Origin: an uncultured Lentisphaeria bacterium
Lineage (GTDB): Bacteria; Fidelibacterota; UBA8477; JABMPR01
NCBI GenBank assembly: GCA_964508765.1
Contig: CAZDVD010000010.1
Coordinates: 14,595 to 78,594, forward strand
Length of the DNA: 64,000 bases
Direction of reading: 5' to 3'
Part shown: positions 29,753 through 38,574 of the stretch, one piece after another
Layout of the letters: every line of letters begins with the position of its first letter
Numbering within the stretch: position 1 is the first letter of the stretch
Notes under the pieces: generated by a model
Told to the model about the DNA's origin: nothing
The model's database searches: none
Seen by the model: only the letters and a program-made list of their open reading frames with translations
Translations under genes and position numbers: made by a program

Positions 29753-29766
29753 TGTAATGGTTTACA
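29753..29766. promoter_or_regulatory. Second, weaker LacI-type half-palindrome pair
   Basis: TGTAATGGTTTACA keeps the outer arms TGTAA/TTACA, but the central CG is replaced by GG. It overlaps the nominal ATG (29757) of the truncated cargo relic. Confidence 0.35.
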
Positions 29767-30221
29767 TAGTATTATATTTTCCTTTGAAAGACGGGGTCAG
29801 TGTTGACATTCCATTGTCGCATTATTCTGATCTGGATCTTGGTCTTATGCATATCTTCCTGTTCAAGGTCGATGGTGGTGATGGTGCTACATCGATCTGG
29901 TTTGATAATTGGTATTTCTACTCAACAACCACGGGTGTAGAGGAAAATCTAGTACCGGAACATTTTGCTCTCCAGCAGAATTTTCCAAATCCATTCAATC
30001 CTTCTACAACAATCCGTTATAGTTTGATTGAAACAAGACATGTCGTCTTGAAGTTATATAGTATCAATGGTCAGGAAGTAGCAACTCTGGTTGATGCTAT
30101 GGCCAGTTCTGGTGAATATAGCTATCACTTCGATGCCAGCCATCTTGCTGCAGGAACGTATATATATTCCTTAACAGCAGGTAGTAGGACTGAAGTTCAA
30201 AAGATGGTACTGATTAAATAA
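29757..30221 (+). pseudogene. 5'-truncated relic of a CBM + CTD cargo gene, paralogous to the 3' ends of 3892-5232 and 5383-9372
   Basis: No signal peptide and no SD. Homology starts abruptly at about residue 10: SVDIPLSHYSDLDL..FLFKVDGG...IWFDNWYFYS versus WVSLDIPLTTYPNVDL..FQFKVEGN...VYWDNIYFHS. The CTD matches that of the 1329-aa protein at about 75 of 98 positions by hand count. The upstream DNA is very AT-rich. Confidence 0.55.
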
Positions 30222-30252
30222 GTATCCCTCTCTGATATTCAGATTGAATATA

Positions 30253-30286
30253 AAAAGCCTCTCAGATTTCTGAGGGGCTTTTTTTG
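30253..30286 (+). terminator. Rho-independent terminator, paralogous to the one at 9403-9436
   Basis: AAAAAGCCTCTCAGATTTCTGAGGGGCTTTTTTT: a 10-bp stem with one G-U pair and a T7 tail. The preceding TATTCAGATTGAATATAAAAAGCC is shared with 9387-9410. Confidence 0.85.
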
Positions 30287-30598
30287 GGGATCATACATTT
30301 GCGCATATATACGGTGCAAGTCTGATGATTTCAATCATTGGCTGCGTTTTAATGAGAGTCATTGGATAATGTCAGGTTAATATTTCCGCCTAATTCAATT
30401 AGAATCATAAGAAATGTTAACCAATTCCATATTGATACCAATAATGAAATTGGATTTGTATGTGAGGACTTGACTGTGCGTTGGACTTCGCATATTTTAA
30501 ATGGTTCGAAACATTCTAAATTGTTCCATAAAAGGGAAAACCCTATCAACTCTACAGTACTCATGCAACCGGGTACTTCATCCTCAGTAATAGACAAT

Positions 30599-33500
30599 AT
30601 GTTTAAGCCCTCTCTACTATGCGTGTTGATAGTAATCCAAACTCTGCTCTTCCACACCACTCTGTCTGCTCAGACAGAAGAATTGCATTTCAGGCATTAC
30701 ACGACTGTTGATGGTTTATCTCAAAGCTCGGTTCTCTGTTTTGAGCAAGATTCGCGAGGGTTTTTATGGTTTGGGACCTACTACGGTTTAAACCGGTTCG
30801 ATGGCTATGAGTTTAAAATATTTCAAGCAGATCCGACAGATTCATCGAGTATCAGCCATAGCCTGGTTGGAGCAATCCACGAAGATCACAAGGGTACCCT
30901 GTGGGTGGGAACAGATGATGGATTGGACATATATAATTCAAATTTTGAGATTTTTACCCATCTAAGGCATGATCCACAGGATAATACTAGTCTTAGTCAC
31001 AATGTGGTCAGAGCCATATTCGAGGATAGCCAGAATAGACTGTGGGTAGGATCCAGAGGGGGTGGATTAAATCTCTATGATCCCGAAATCGGTGGATTCA
31101 AACATTATTTTTATGACCCTGACGATGCCAGTAGCATCAGTCACAATACCATATCAGATATCATCGAAGATCCACGGGGCTGTCTGTGGATAGCAACTGA
31201 TGGCGGGCTAAATCGCTACGATTTTGAGAGCAAGCAATTCACCCGCTTTACACACGACCCTTCGAACTCAGCATCGGTGAGTCTTAATAATGTTTATAGA
31301 CTTTTCCTTGAGGATAGTGGTGCTCTGTGGGTGGGCACCTGGCTGGGTGGACTTAATCGTTTTGATCCCGAAACTGGAATTTTTCACCACTATGATTTGA
31401 GTAATGGAAATGGAAAAGATGCGGGTGCTAATATCATCCGGGCCATTGAAAAAGACAGCAATGGTGATTTATGGGTAGGAACCTGGGGGGCAGGCATATA
31501 TAGATACATACCTGAGCAAGACAAGTTCATCTCTTTTAGAAAAGACGTATCTGACCCGGCAAGTATTAGCAGCGATCAGATAACCGCAATATTTCATGAC
31601 AAATCTGGTGGACTCTGGGTAGGAACCGACTTTGGTGGCTTAAATAAACGCAAATTGGATTCTGAAAAATTTAAGCACTACCATACCACACCTGCCTCCT
31701 TGAAAAATGCAAATAATGAAAATGTGCGTGCCCTTCTGGTAAGCGGTGAAAACGACATCTGGATTGGGAGTGCTGATGGCTTGCATCATATTCATGGTAA
31801 GGCCGGTACCTATTCAGCCTATTATTCTGATGATTCTGACCCGTACAGTATCAGTAATAATTCCATTCGATCACTTTTCCTTGACAGCAAGGGGAATATC
31901 TGGGCAGGTACTGAGAGCGGATTAAATCGCTACAACTCCGCTACTGATAATTTTACATGTTACTTTTTCAGTCCAAGAATTACTGGTGAAGAGCCAGTGG
32001 ATATGTGCTGGACAATTAATGAAGACCATGAAGGCATGATTTGGATTGGGACCTTCGGTGGTGGATTAATTCGCCTGGATCCCTCAACTGATGAATTTTC
32101 AATTTATGTAAACGATAAAAATGATCCGGCCAGTCTTCAGAATAATTCAATCTGGTGTATCATTGAAGATCATGAGAATAAGCTCTGGATTGGCACCGAC
32201 AATGGCCTGGAACAGCTGGAAACAAATCGCCATATTTTCCCCTCACTCCCCACGGAAACAGATCTGCAGAAGAGTCTTCATAATTCAAAAGTCCTGTCAC
32301 TGTTCCAGGATATGAATAACAATATTTGGATTGGAACCAGTTCAGGACTCTATTTCTTTGATTTTGAATCAGAGTTATTGTCTCGTTTTACCACTGAAGA
32401 TGGACTCTCAAGTAACAATATACAGGCGATTACCCCTGGCAATCCGGGAAGCCTCTGGTTATCAACAAGCAGTGGGGTTTCAGAGTTTAACACCCTTTCA
32501 AAATCCTTTAAAAACTATTCTGTGGAAGATGGACTACAGGGAATTGAATTTCATGTTAATGCAAACGCTGTCGGACCGGATGGAAAAATTTATCTGGGAG
32601 GCATAAATGGTTACAACGTATTCCACCCTAACAGCATCAGCGCTAGTCAGTATCAACCAAACATTTATCTCACAGACTTCCAGGTATTTAATTCCTCAGT
32701 TCCCATTGGCGCAAAGTTAAGTGACCGGGTAATTCTGAATCAGTCGCTCATCAATACTGAACATATTGATCTCACCTACAATGAGAATGTTTTTTCACTT
32801 TCTTATGCGGCTCTGGATTTTTATGCCAGCGAGAAATTGAATTATGCCTATAGAATGGAAGGTTTTGAAAGTGAATGGAATAATGTGGGTGATAGACGAT
32901 TTGCAACCTACACCAATCTCGACCCGGGTGATTACACCTTTATTGTGAAAGCAACCAATAGTGATGGAGTTTGGAGTGATAAGCATTTAAATATTGGTAT
33001 TTCCATCGCCCCCCCATTTTGGGAAACCTGGTGGTTTTTAACCCTGGTAACCCTCACGATTATTGGCTTGATTTACAGCCTGATTCAGTATCGATTGAGA
33101 CTTCTGCATATCCGTACCCGGGTACTCCAGGCAGAAGTTGAAAAACAAACTGTGGATCTGGTATCCATGAACCAGGAACTACAACAGACCGATATGATGA
33201 AAGAGCTTTTATTGGATATCATAACTCATGACTTAAAAAACCCCATTGGTGTGGTGAATAGTTTGTCCGATTATATGTTAGCAGAGGATCCCGACAATCA
33301 TGAACTCCAGGTAATCCGATCCAGTAGCAGGAGTGTTCTACAAGTAATGGCCAATGCCACTACCCTGGCTCGGGTCTCCATGAATGAGGAGATAAATAAG
33401 GAAGAATTAGATCTTTGTGAAATTCTCAGCGACACTGTTGATAATTTCATGCCCCTTTTGAAAGAAAACAATATTGAGGTAGAAAATCGGATTCAGCAAA

Positions 33501-33844
33501 AAACGGTCATTCTGGCAAATCCAATCATAGAAGAAGTCTTTAAGAATTTCATCAGCAATGCGATTAAATACGCTGCTGAGGGTAAACACTTGATCATCGA
33601 TCAGTCAAAAGGAGATAATAGTCTCGAAGTGAGTGTCATTGATTTTGGGACCACCATCCCTGAAAACAAGCGTAAAGCAATATTTCTTCGGAGTGTCCAA
33701 CTTGAAGAAGGGAAAAAACGAGGTCATGGACTGGGTCTGGCCATTGTGAAACGCATAGCGGAAGCTCATAAAGCTCAAATCGGTGTTAAGCCTAATATAC
33801 CAACAGGGAATATATTTTTCATTAAAATCCCGTGCGCCTCGTGA
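30599..33844 (+). CDS. Sensor histidine kinase with an HTCS-like periplasmic beta-propeller (Reg_prop repeats) + Y_Y_Y domain, one TM segment, HisKA and HATPase_c. It has no receiver or DNA-binding domain.
   Basis: I prefer the ATG at 30599 (MFKPSLLCVLIVIQTLLFHTTLSAQ). There are about 14 repeats of the ..D..G.LW(V/I)GT..GL..(Y/F) type. YAYRMEGFESEWNNVG...YTFIVKATNSDGVWS (Y_Y_Y). TM WWFLTLVTLTIIGLIYSLIQY. H-box ITHDLKNPIG. G-box GHGLGLAIVKRIAEAH. The stop follows immediately afterwards. Confidence 0.85.
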   Translation: MFKPSLLCVLIVIQTLLFHTTLSAQTEELHFRHYTTVDGLSQSSVLCFEQDSRGFLWFGTYYGLNRFDGYEFKIFQADPTDSSSISHSLVGAIHEDHKGTLWVGTDDGLDIYNSNFEIFTHLRHDPQDNTSLSHNVVRAIFEDSQNRLWVGSRGGGLNLYDPEIGGFKHYFYDPDDASSISHNTISDIIEDPRGCLWIATDGGLNRYDFESKQFTRFTHDPSNSASVSLNNVYRLFLEDSGALWVGTWLGGLNRFDPETGIFHHYDLSNGNGKDAGANIIRAIEKDSNGDLWVGTWGAGIYRYIPEQDKFISFRKDVSDPASISSDQITAIFHDKSGGLWVGTDFGGLNKRKLDSEKFKHYHTTPASLKNANNENVRALLVSGENDIWIGSADGLHHIHGKAGTYSAYYSDDSDPYSISNNSIRSLFLDSKGNIWAGTESGLNRYNSATDNFTCYFFSPRITGEEPVDMCWTINEDHEGMIWIGTFGGGLIRLDPSTDEFSIYVNDKNDPASLQNNSIWCIIEDHENKLWIGTDNGLEQLETNRHIFPSLPTETDLQKSLHNSKVLSLFQDMNNNIWIGTSSGLYFFDFESELLSRFTTEDGLSSNNIQAITPGNPGSLWLSTSSGVSEFNTLSKSFKNYSVEDGLQGIEFHVNANAVGPDGKIYLGGINGYNVFHPNSISASQYQPNIYLTDFQVFNSSVPIGAKLSDRVILNQSLINTEHIDLTYNENVFSLSYAALDFYASEKLNYAYRMEGFESEWNNVGDRRFATYTNLDPGDYTFIVKATNSDGVWSDKHLNIGISIAPPFWETWWFLTLVTLTIIGLIYSLIQYRLRLLHIRTRVLQAEVEKQTVDLVSMNQELQQTDMMKELLLDIITHDLKNPIGVVNSLSDYMLAEDPDNHELQVIRSSSRSVLQVMANATTLARVSMNEEINKEELDLCEILSDTVDNFMPLLKENNIEVENRIQQKTVILANPIIEEVFKNFISNAIKYAAEGKHLIIDQSKGDNSLEVSVIDFGTTIPENKRKAIFLRSVQLEEGKKRGHGLGLAIVKRIAEAHKAQIGVKPNIPTGNIFFIKIPCAS

Positions 33845-34282
33845 TCTGTAGGTCTGACTATACGGATTTGGTGTCAGGCTAAGGCTCCAGCTCCCTCCTC
33901 CCTTCCGGTGCTGGCAGAAAACCTTCCGAGTGAACCGCCGACACCCGGCTTATGAAGTCTATAAGTAACTGTTATATATACATTAATAACATATAGATAG
34001 TATACATTTGGGAATTACGTATACGCTGATCCGTATACGGGTACACCTTTCTTTGTCAAAAAAGAGTGAGGATATTCAGGATTCCTTTTCATGAGGGATA
34101 ATGCCTATACGCTTAAGTCATAATACGAGATTTGAATGATAATTCTTGACCCCCTGCTTGTAAGATAGAACTTCTCTAATTTCATCTATTTGATATTATT
34201 GTATTTAGGTAGCTAAGTGAAAAATGGGAGCCTGCCCAATTGGGGCCTGCCAGACTGACTATCCTGTTGATGCCTAGTATAG

Positions 34283-34311
34283 CAAAAAGCCCCCAGTCAA
34301 AACCAGGGGCT
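34283..34311 (-). terminator. Possible intrinsic terminator of the 1016-aa gene
   Basis: On the minus strand, AAGCCCC-12 nt loop-GGGGCTT is followed by TTTGC, about 30 nt after the stop at 34340. The stem is only 7 bp. Confidence 0.45.
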
Positions 34312-34339
34312 TCCACTTCAGTTTTTACCTAACCTAGTT

Positions 34340-37300
34340 CTATTTAAGCAGCAGCATTTTATTGACCTGTGAGAAGCCTTCTGCCTCGAATCGGTAGAGG
34401 TATAAACCACTGGCCATTGACTTGCCTCTGAGATCATTTCCGCTCCAAGTGAAAGTGTACCAACCCGGAACAACACTCTCCTGAATCCGGCTGAACACTT
34501 CCTGTCCCCGGATGTTATAGATGATCATCTTCACTTCCGTCACTTTAGGCACGGCATACTCAATGGTTGTCGTTGCATTGAAGGGGTTTGGATAGTTCTG
34601 ACAAAGACGAAAATCCCTGGGTAATGAACTTTGGTTTCTCACATTGGTGGCCTGCATGACCAGCGGAATGATCTTGGGGATCGCATGATTGTAAATATCA
34701 TCCAGCGCGTCAACTTGAACAATATACTCGCCATCAGTTTGAAAAAATCCATCATTGGTGTAGCTCCCGGAGTAATTGAAACTGCCTATGTGGTTCATCT
34801 GGACGATGGGCAACTCATATACCGGCGGCATACCTGAATAGTTGGCCGGGAAAATCCGGAACCACACGCAATCCATTACACCGTTGCATCTGACGATCAC
34901 CGAGACCTGTCCGCCGGACAGGTAAACCTCATCGGGGTACTCCCTGATCTCCGGCAGGAGTGCTCCGTGCATGAGCTCGCCACCGAGAAAAACGTTCTGC
35001 GCGATGGCCTCATCCGTCGCTTCATTGGGAATGCCATTGCCGTCAGCATCCAGCAGAGGTTCCTGTCCATTCAGATACATCTGGGCTCTTTGATATGCAA
35101 AAAAGAAGGCATCCCAGACGTTGTTCCCGTACCAAATCTCTTCCCAAAAATTGGTGGAAAAACACTCGCCGTTGAGATAGTCCGCGAACTGATCCGCTCG
35201 ACAGGCAGCTATAACGATCCGGTTGTCACCGGCAAGGACCGGCACGAAACTACCTGAAAAACAGGCCTCCAGAACCACCACCAAGGGCGAAAGCTGATCC
35301 AGGTTGATCTGATCGAGCCAGAGGGCGAGCGAGTCGGAACTGAGATGGTCTTCGGCATTTCCATTGATGTCGAACTCGCCCACATGACCATGACCGGAAA
35401 GGGAGATCACATTCGGATATGCAGGATTCGGATCATCGACTAGCCCCATGAGAGCGCTCCTGACACTCTGTGGAGTCAACTCGTCCGAATCGATGATCCC
35501 ATCATCCAGACCGTCCCCGTTCAGGTCCTGCCAACCTACCGGATTCATATAGAACAATCTCGTACCCGTGTAGTATCGTCCGAAGGCAAGTTTGCTGAAC
35601 GCGTCGGTGGCGGAAGGACTGGTATTATTGATGAAATAATTCCAGTTCGCCGGATCAGTCCCACCACCCGCGACAACCAAGGAGGTCACATAACTGACGC
35701 CCTGTGGCACGCACATACCGGACAAGCCTACAAAGGCCGAGCGGTCGTTACTGCTGATGGAAATGGTTCCGGTGTGGATATCAAATGTATGCGGGGTGAA
35801 GGTGATGTTGATTTCAATGGATGAAGTTGGGTTGATCAGTGAATCAGCCGGGTCCCAATCCGTCTGATACGATGGATGATTCACACTGATGTCATAGAGC
35901 AGGAGATTCTCGCTACCGGTATTATGGATGATCAGCGACATCGTTGTGCTGCTGTCCAGAAAGGTATCGTTGAAATAGAGGTATTGAGAGGAAACACTGA
36001 TGTCCGGTGCGAGACCGGTATTGAAATAGAAGGCGCCAATATCAGCAATGGTCCCATCCGGGTCTAATGGACTGCTGGGATCTCCGGCATTTATACAGGG
36101 CGAAGCCTCCTGCAAATGAAAATCATCATTGAAAGCATCAACGAAAAACGGATCCTCGAAGATATTGAGAAAGGCATCACAGGAATCCCCGTTGATGTTG
36201 GTCATAATTTTCTGACCCAGATACTGTGGAATCATCATGCTGTAGTTTTGCGTGTTGTCAAAAAAGTCACAACCGGTGACCGAACCACCCACAACGGCAA
36301 ATCCAATACCGATATTATTTGAGCTGACAACTGTATTGAGCAGGACGGAATTGGTTGGGACGCCCATGTTGCCAAACAGGATACCGGTCGGATTGTCCGT
36401 AACGACGCAATTGCTTATTCTGCATGTAAACTCCGGACTGCTTGATAGCACATAGATACCGAATGCGGCGCCAGCGCCATCATCATTATTTTTCACAACG
36501 CAATTTTTGATATCAATATCACCGAAGGCTTCTATATGAATCCCGTAAAGCTGATTATTTCTGATATTACAATCTTTGATTGTGGCACTTCCGAATATTT
36601 TGATACCACTTCCGTTACCTGCAATCCAGCAATTCAGAATCTGCAGGATCTCTTTTGAAATCAGATAATTGTCTGAATAAATACCGTCTCCGATATTACC
36701 CGTTATTGTGCAGTGATCAATGATGCACCTCATTGAAAGGTCAACAGAATGAAGATCCGCATTAATCCCGTGGAGACTACTCCCCGCGAGATGACAATAC
36801 TCAAAAAGAATATCTCCCAAATTATTATTTGGACCAAGGAATATTCCTCGCCAAGTGGCTACCCTCGGGCTGGGAATGAAAAGAATACTATCGGACTGAG
36901 TTCCTGTGGCAGTCAGTCCGCCATAGATTGTAAATGAATAATCTCCGTCAAAATAGAAGCGTGTGCCAGGCTCGATTGTCAATATGTTTCCGGCTTCAAC
37001 AAAGATATCTCCTTCTACAAGATAGGTTGTGTCGCTGAGGGTACCGCTTAGAGAGCCCGAAATTGGAATCCCTACCCGCAGGATTAGGTTTTGATCCTCC
37101 AGATTTCTTGGGCTAAAACAATTGACACCGGTTACCTGGGCAGGGAAGTATCCTGTATGCGAATAGGAGATGTTATAAATCCCCGGCGTGATCAAGATCT
37201 GATAAACGCCTTGAACATTCGTAAACACCGAATCGGTCACAGCCGACGGTGATGCGGCATTGAAAACAACGACGCTTCCAGAGTTGTCGATGTTATCGGA

Positions 37301-37390
37301 TAAGCGGCATACCCCCTGTACCCAGACCGCAGTAAACCCCTTCAATGCAAAGACAAACAATGCTGCCAATAAAAAACATGTTTTTTTCAT
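34340..37390 (-). CDS. 1016-aa secreted protein: carboxypeptidase-regulatory-like N-domain, right-handed parallel beta-helix, clan-CD (C13 legumain-like) peptidase domain and T9SS CTD
   Basis: Signal peptide MKKTCFLLAALFVFALKGFTA. Beta-helix repeats NCWIAGNGSGIKIFGSATIKDCNIRNNQLYGIHIEAFGDIDIKNCVVKNN. His/Cys dyad contexts are ISLSGHGHVG and VVVLEACFSGSF (compare legumain ..DHG.. and IEACESGS). CTD QNYPNPFNATTTIEY...NKMLLLK. Confidence 0.75.
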   Translation of the reverse strand: MKKTCFLLAALFVFALKGFTAVWVQGVCRLSDNIDNSGSVVVFNAASPSAVTDSVFTNVQGVYQILITPGIYNISYSHTGYFPAQVTGVNCFSPRNLEDQNLILRVGIPISGSLSGTLSDTTYLVEGDIFVEAGNILTIEPGTRFYFDGDYSFTIYGGLTATGTQSDSILFIPSPRVATWRGIFLGPNNNLGDILFEYCHLAGSSLHGINADLHSVDLSMRCIIDHCTITGNIGDGIYSDNYLISKEILQILNCWIAGNGSGIKIFGSATIKDCNIRNNQLYGIHIEAFGDIDIKNCVVKNNDDGAGAAFGIYVLSSSPEFTCRISNCVVTDNPTGILFGNMGVPTNSVLLNTVVSSNNIGIGFAVVGGSVTGCDFFDNTQNYSMMIPQYLGQKIMTNINGDSCDAFLNIFEDPFFVDAFNDDFHLQEASPCINAGDPSSPLDPDGTIADIGAFYFNTGLAPDISVSSQYLYFNDTFLDSSTTMSLIIHNTGSENLLLYDISVNHPSYQTDWDPADSLINPTSSIEINITFTPHTFDIHTGTISISSNDRSAFVGLSGMCVPQGVSYVTSLVVAGGGTDPANWNYFINNTSPSATDAFSKLAFGRYYTGTRLFYMNPVGWQDLNGDGLDDGIIDSDELTPQSVRSALMGLVDDPNPAYPNVISLSGHGHVGEFDINGNAEDHLSSDSLALWLDQINLDQLSPLVVVLEACFSGSFVPVLAGDNRIVIAACRADQFADYLNGECFSTNFWEEIWYGNNVWDAFFFAYQRAQMYLNGQEPLLDADGNGIPNEATDEAIAQNVFLGGELMHGALLPEIREYPDEVYLSGGQVSVIVRCNGVMDCVWFRIFPANYSGMPPVYELPIVQMNHIGSFNYSGSYTNDGFFQTDGEYIVQVDALDDIYNHAIPKIIPLVMQATNVRNQSSLPRDFRLCQNYPNPFNATTTIEYAVPKVTEVKMIIYNIRGQEVFSRIQESVVPGWYTFTWSGNDLRGKSMASGLYLYRFEAEGFSQVNKMLLLK

Positions 37391-37418
37391 GATGACACAA
37401 CCATTCCTCTCGATCGGG

Positions 37419-37769
37419 TTATTTGATGAGCACGCATTTTTTCACTCGCATAAAACCGTCGGCCTGTATCTTGTAAAAATACACACCGCGACTCACATTC
37501 CGTGCATCACAGGTTACCGAGTAAGATTCAGGTCCCTGATTCTGGTTCACAAGTTGATCCATTTCCTGGACGGCCAGGTTATAGATGATCAGGGAGACGT
37601 GTGCGGATATCGGAATCGTATACTCAATGCTTGTAATCGGATTGAAAGGATTGGGATAATTCTGCAGAAAATGTTCATTGCGTGGTATAGAATGCAGGAC
37701 TGACGGTTTTGGATTTAAGGCAAAAAGATTACTGAAGGATAAGATTACCAACAAAGCTATATAGCGCAT
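37419..37769 (-). CDS. CTD-only miniprotein (signal peptide + about 20-aa linker + T9SS sorting domain)
   Basis: I chose the ATG at 37769 by analogy with the paralogous leader of the 611-aa gene; the SD GGAGGGG lies upstream. MRYIALLVILSFSNLFA, then LQNYPNPFNPITSIEYTI...GVYFYKIQADGFMRVKKCVLIK. The gene ends 28 bp before the 1016-aa gene. Confidence 0.6.
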   Translation of the reverse strand: MRYIALLVILSFSNLFALNPKPSVLHSIPRNEHFLQNYPNPFNPITSIEYTIPISAHVSLIIYNLAVQEMDQLVNQNQGPESYSVTCDARNVSRGVYFYKIQADGFMRVKKCVLIK

Positions 37770-38115
37770 GATGTTCCCCTCCATCTAAGATTTCAATCAA
37801 CCTTGAGAATCAGAAGGAATAAATACAACTTGTGGAATAATGTGGTATGTCTTGAATGTAATGCATCATTTGTCTATTAGCAAATGATCATGGCTTTGAC
37901 GGGTATACCTGAGATTCACATAGCAATCCAAGAAGGGCTTGGTGGTGGTCATATATGAGTAGGATTTTTGCCCCAGCTGACCACTCACGCTAGTCTAAAT
38001 GCTTTCCCAACACCCTATAAGCCTATGCATGCTGCTGAGCATTATCAGGACCTGGGTTCAGTGATAGGATATTGAGACAGGCGGTATCCCGAAACATGCG
38101 GATGAAAAGTCATCC
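37770..38115 (-). repeat. Copy A of a duplicated upstream block: promoter + about 75-nt leader (37770-37890) and a distal part (37924-38115)
   Basis: It aligns by eye with 40411-40527 and 40747-40945. Shared strings include CTAAGATTTCAATCA, GAGAATCAGAAGGAATAAA, ACTTGTGGAATAATGT, TATATGAGTAGG.TTTTTGCCC.AGCTGACCAC and GTCTAAATGCTTTCCCA. Confidence 0.7.
37855..37883 (-). promoter_or_regulatory. Sigma-70-like promoter for the CTD-only / 1016-aa gene pair
   Basis: Minus strand: TTGCTA - 17 nt - TACATT. The position and spacing are conserved in copy B. Confidence 0.5.
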
Positions 38116-38148
38116 AGTATTATCCGATATACCCTAATTACATAATCT

Positions 38149-38523
38149 CTAAATCATAAAACCAAAATAGCCCATTACTATACCAACAATGATCATAAAT
38201 AATCCTAATAATCGAGAACTTTTTAAAACGTTTTTGTAGTATGAAAGTGATTTGGGTATTATCACAACTATTATTCCCCCAATTAGCATTAACCAACTGA
38301 TTATAGTTATTAACACACTCCAATTTTTCACCCACAGGTTATGATATTCAATTAAAATTATACCTGCAATTATTCCCATAGAACCAGATACAAAAGTTAA
38401 AGCAGGTGATTTTTTAAAATCATTAACAATATCATTAAAATCAATAGTTCCCATTAATACAGCTATACCAGAGGAAAGGTAGATAACAGAAATAATTCGT
38501 GCTATTAATATTGATAATTCCAT
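38149..38523 (-). CDS. Small 4-TM membrane protein, unknown function
   Basis: 124 aa with four hydrophobic segments. Very AT-rich coding sequence. Lies 51 bp downstream of the FG-GAP gene. I recognised no family. Confidence 0.55.
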   Translation of the reverse strand: MELSILIARIISVIYLSSGIAVLMGTIDFNDIVNDFKKSPALTFVSGSMGIIAGIILIEYHNLWVKNWSVLITIISWLMLIGGIIVVIIPKSLSYYKNVLKSSRLLGLFMIIVGIVMGYFGFMI

Positions 38524-38574
38524 ATATATACTCCCTTTAATCTTAGGGCAAAGAGCCCAATGAATAGGTGGAGC

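Noticed and set aside
30349-30660. The 103-aa minus-strand ORF, and the long N-terminal extension (30362) of the kinase ORF
   Set aside because: No homology and no RBS. The kinase signal peptide begins at the ATG at 30599, and the region upstream is more plausibly promoter DNA.
33895-33915. An SRP (4.5S) RNA-like CCGGAAGG tetraloop motif on the minus strand
   Set aside because: The conserved 5' symmetric/asymmetric loop context (AGGUCAGGUCCGGAAGGAAGCAGCC) and the closing helices are absent. Only the GGAA hairpin matches.
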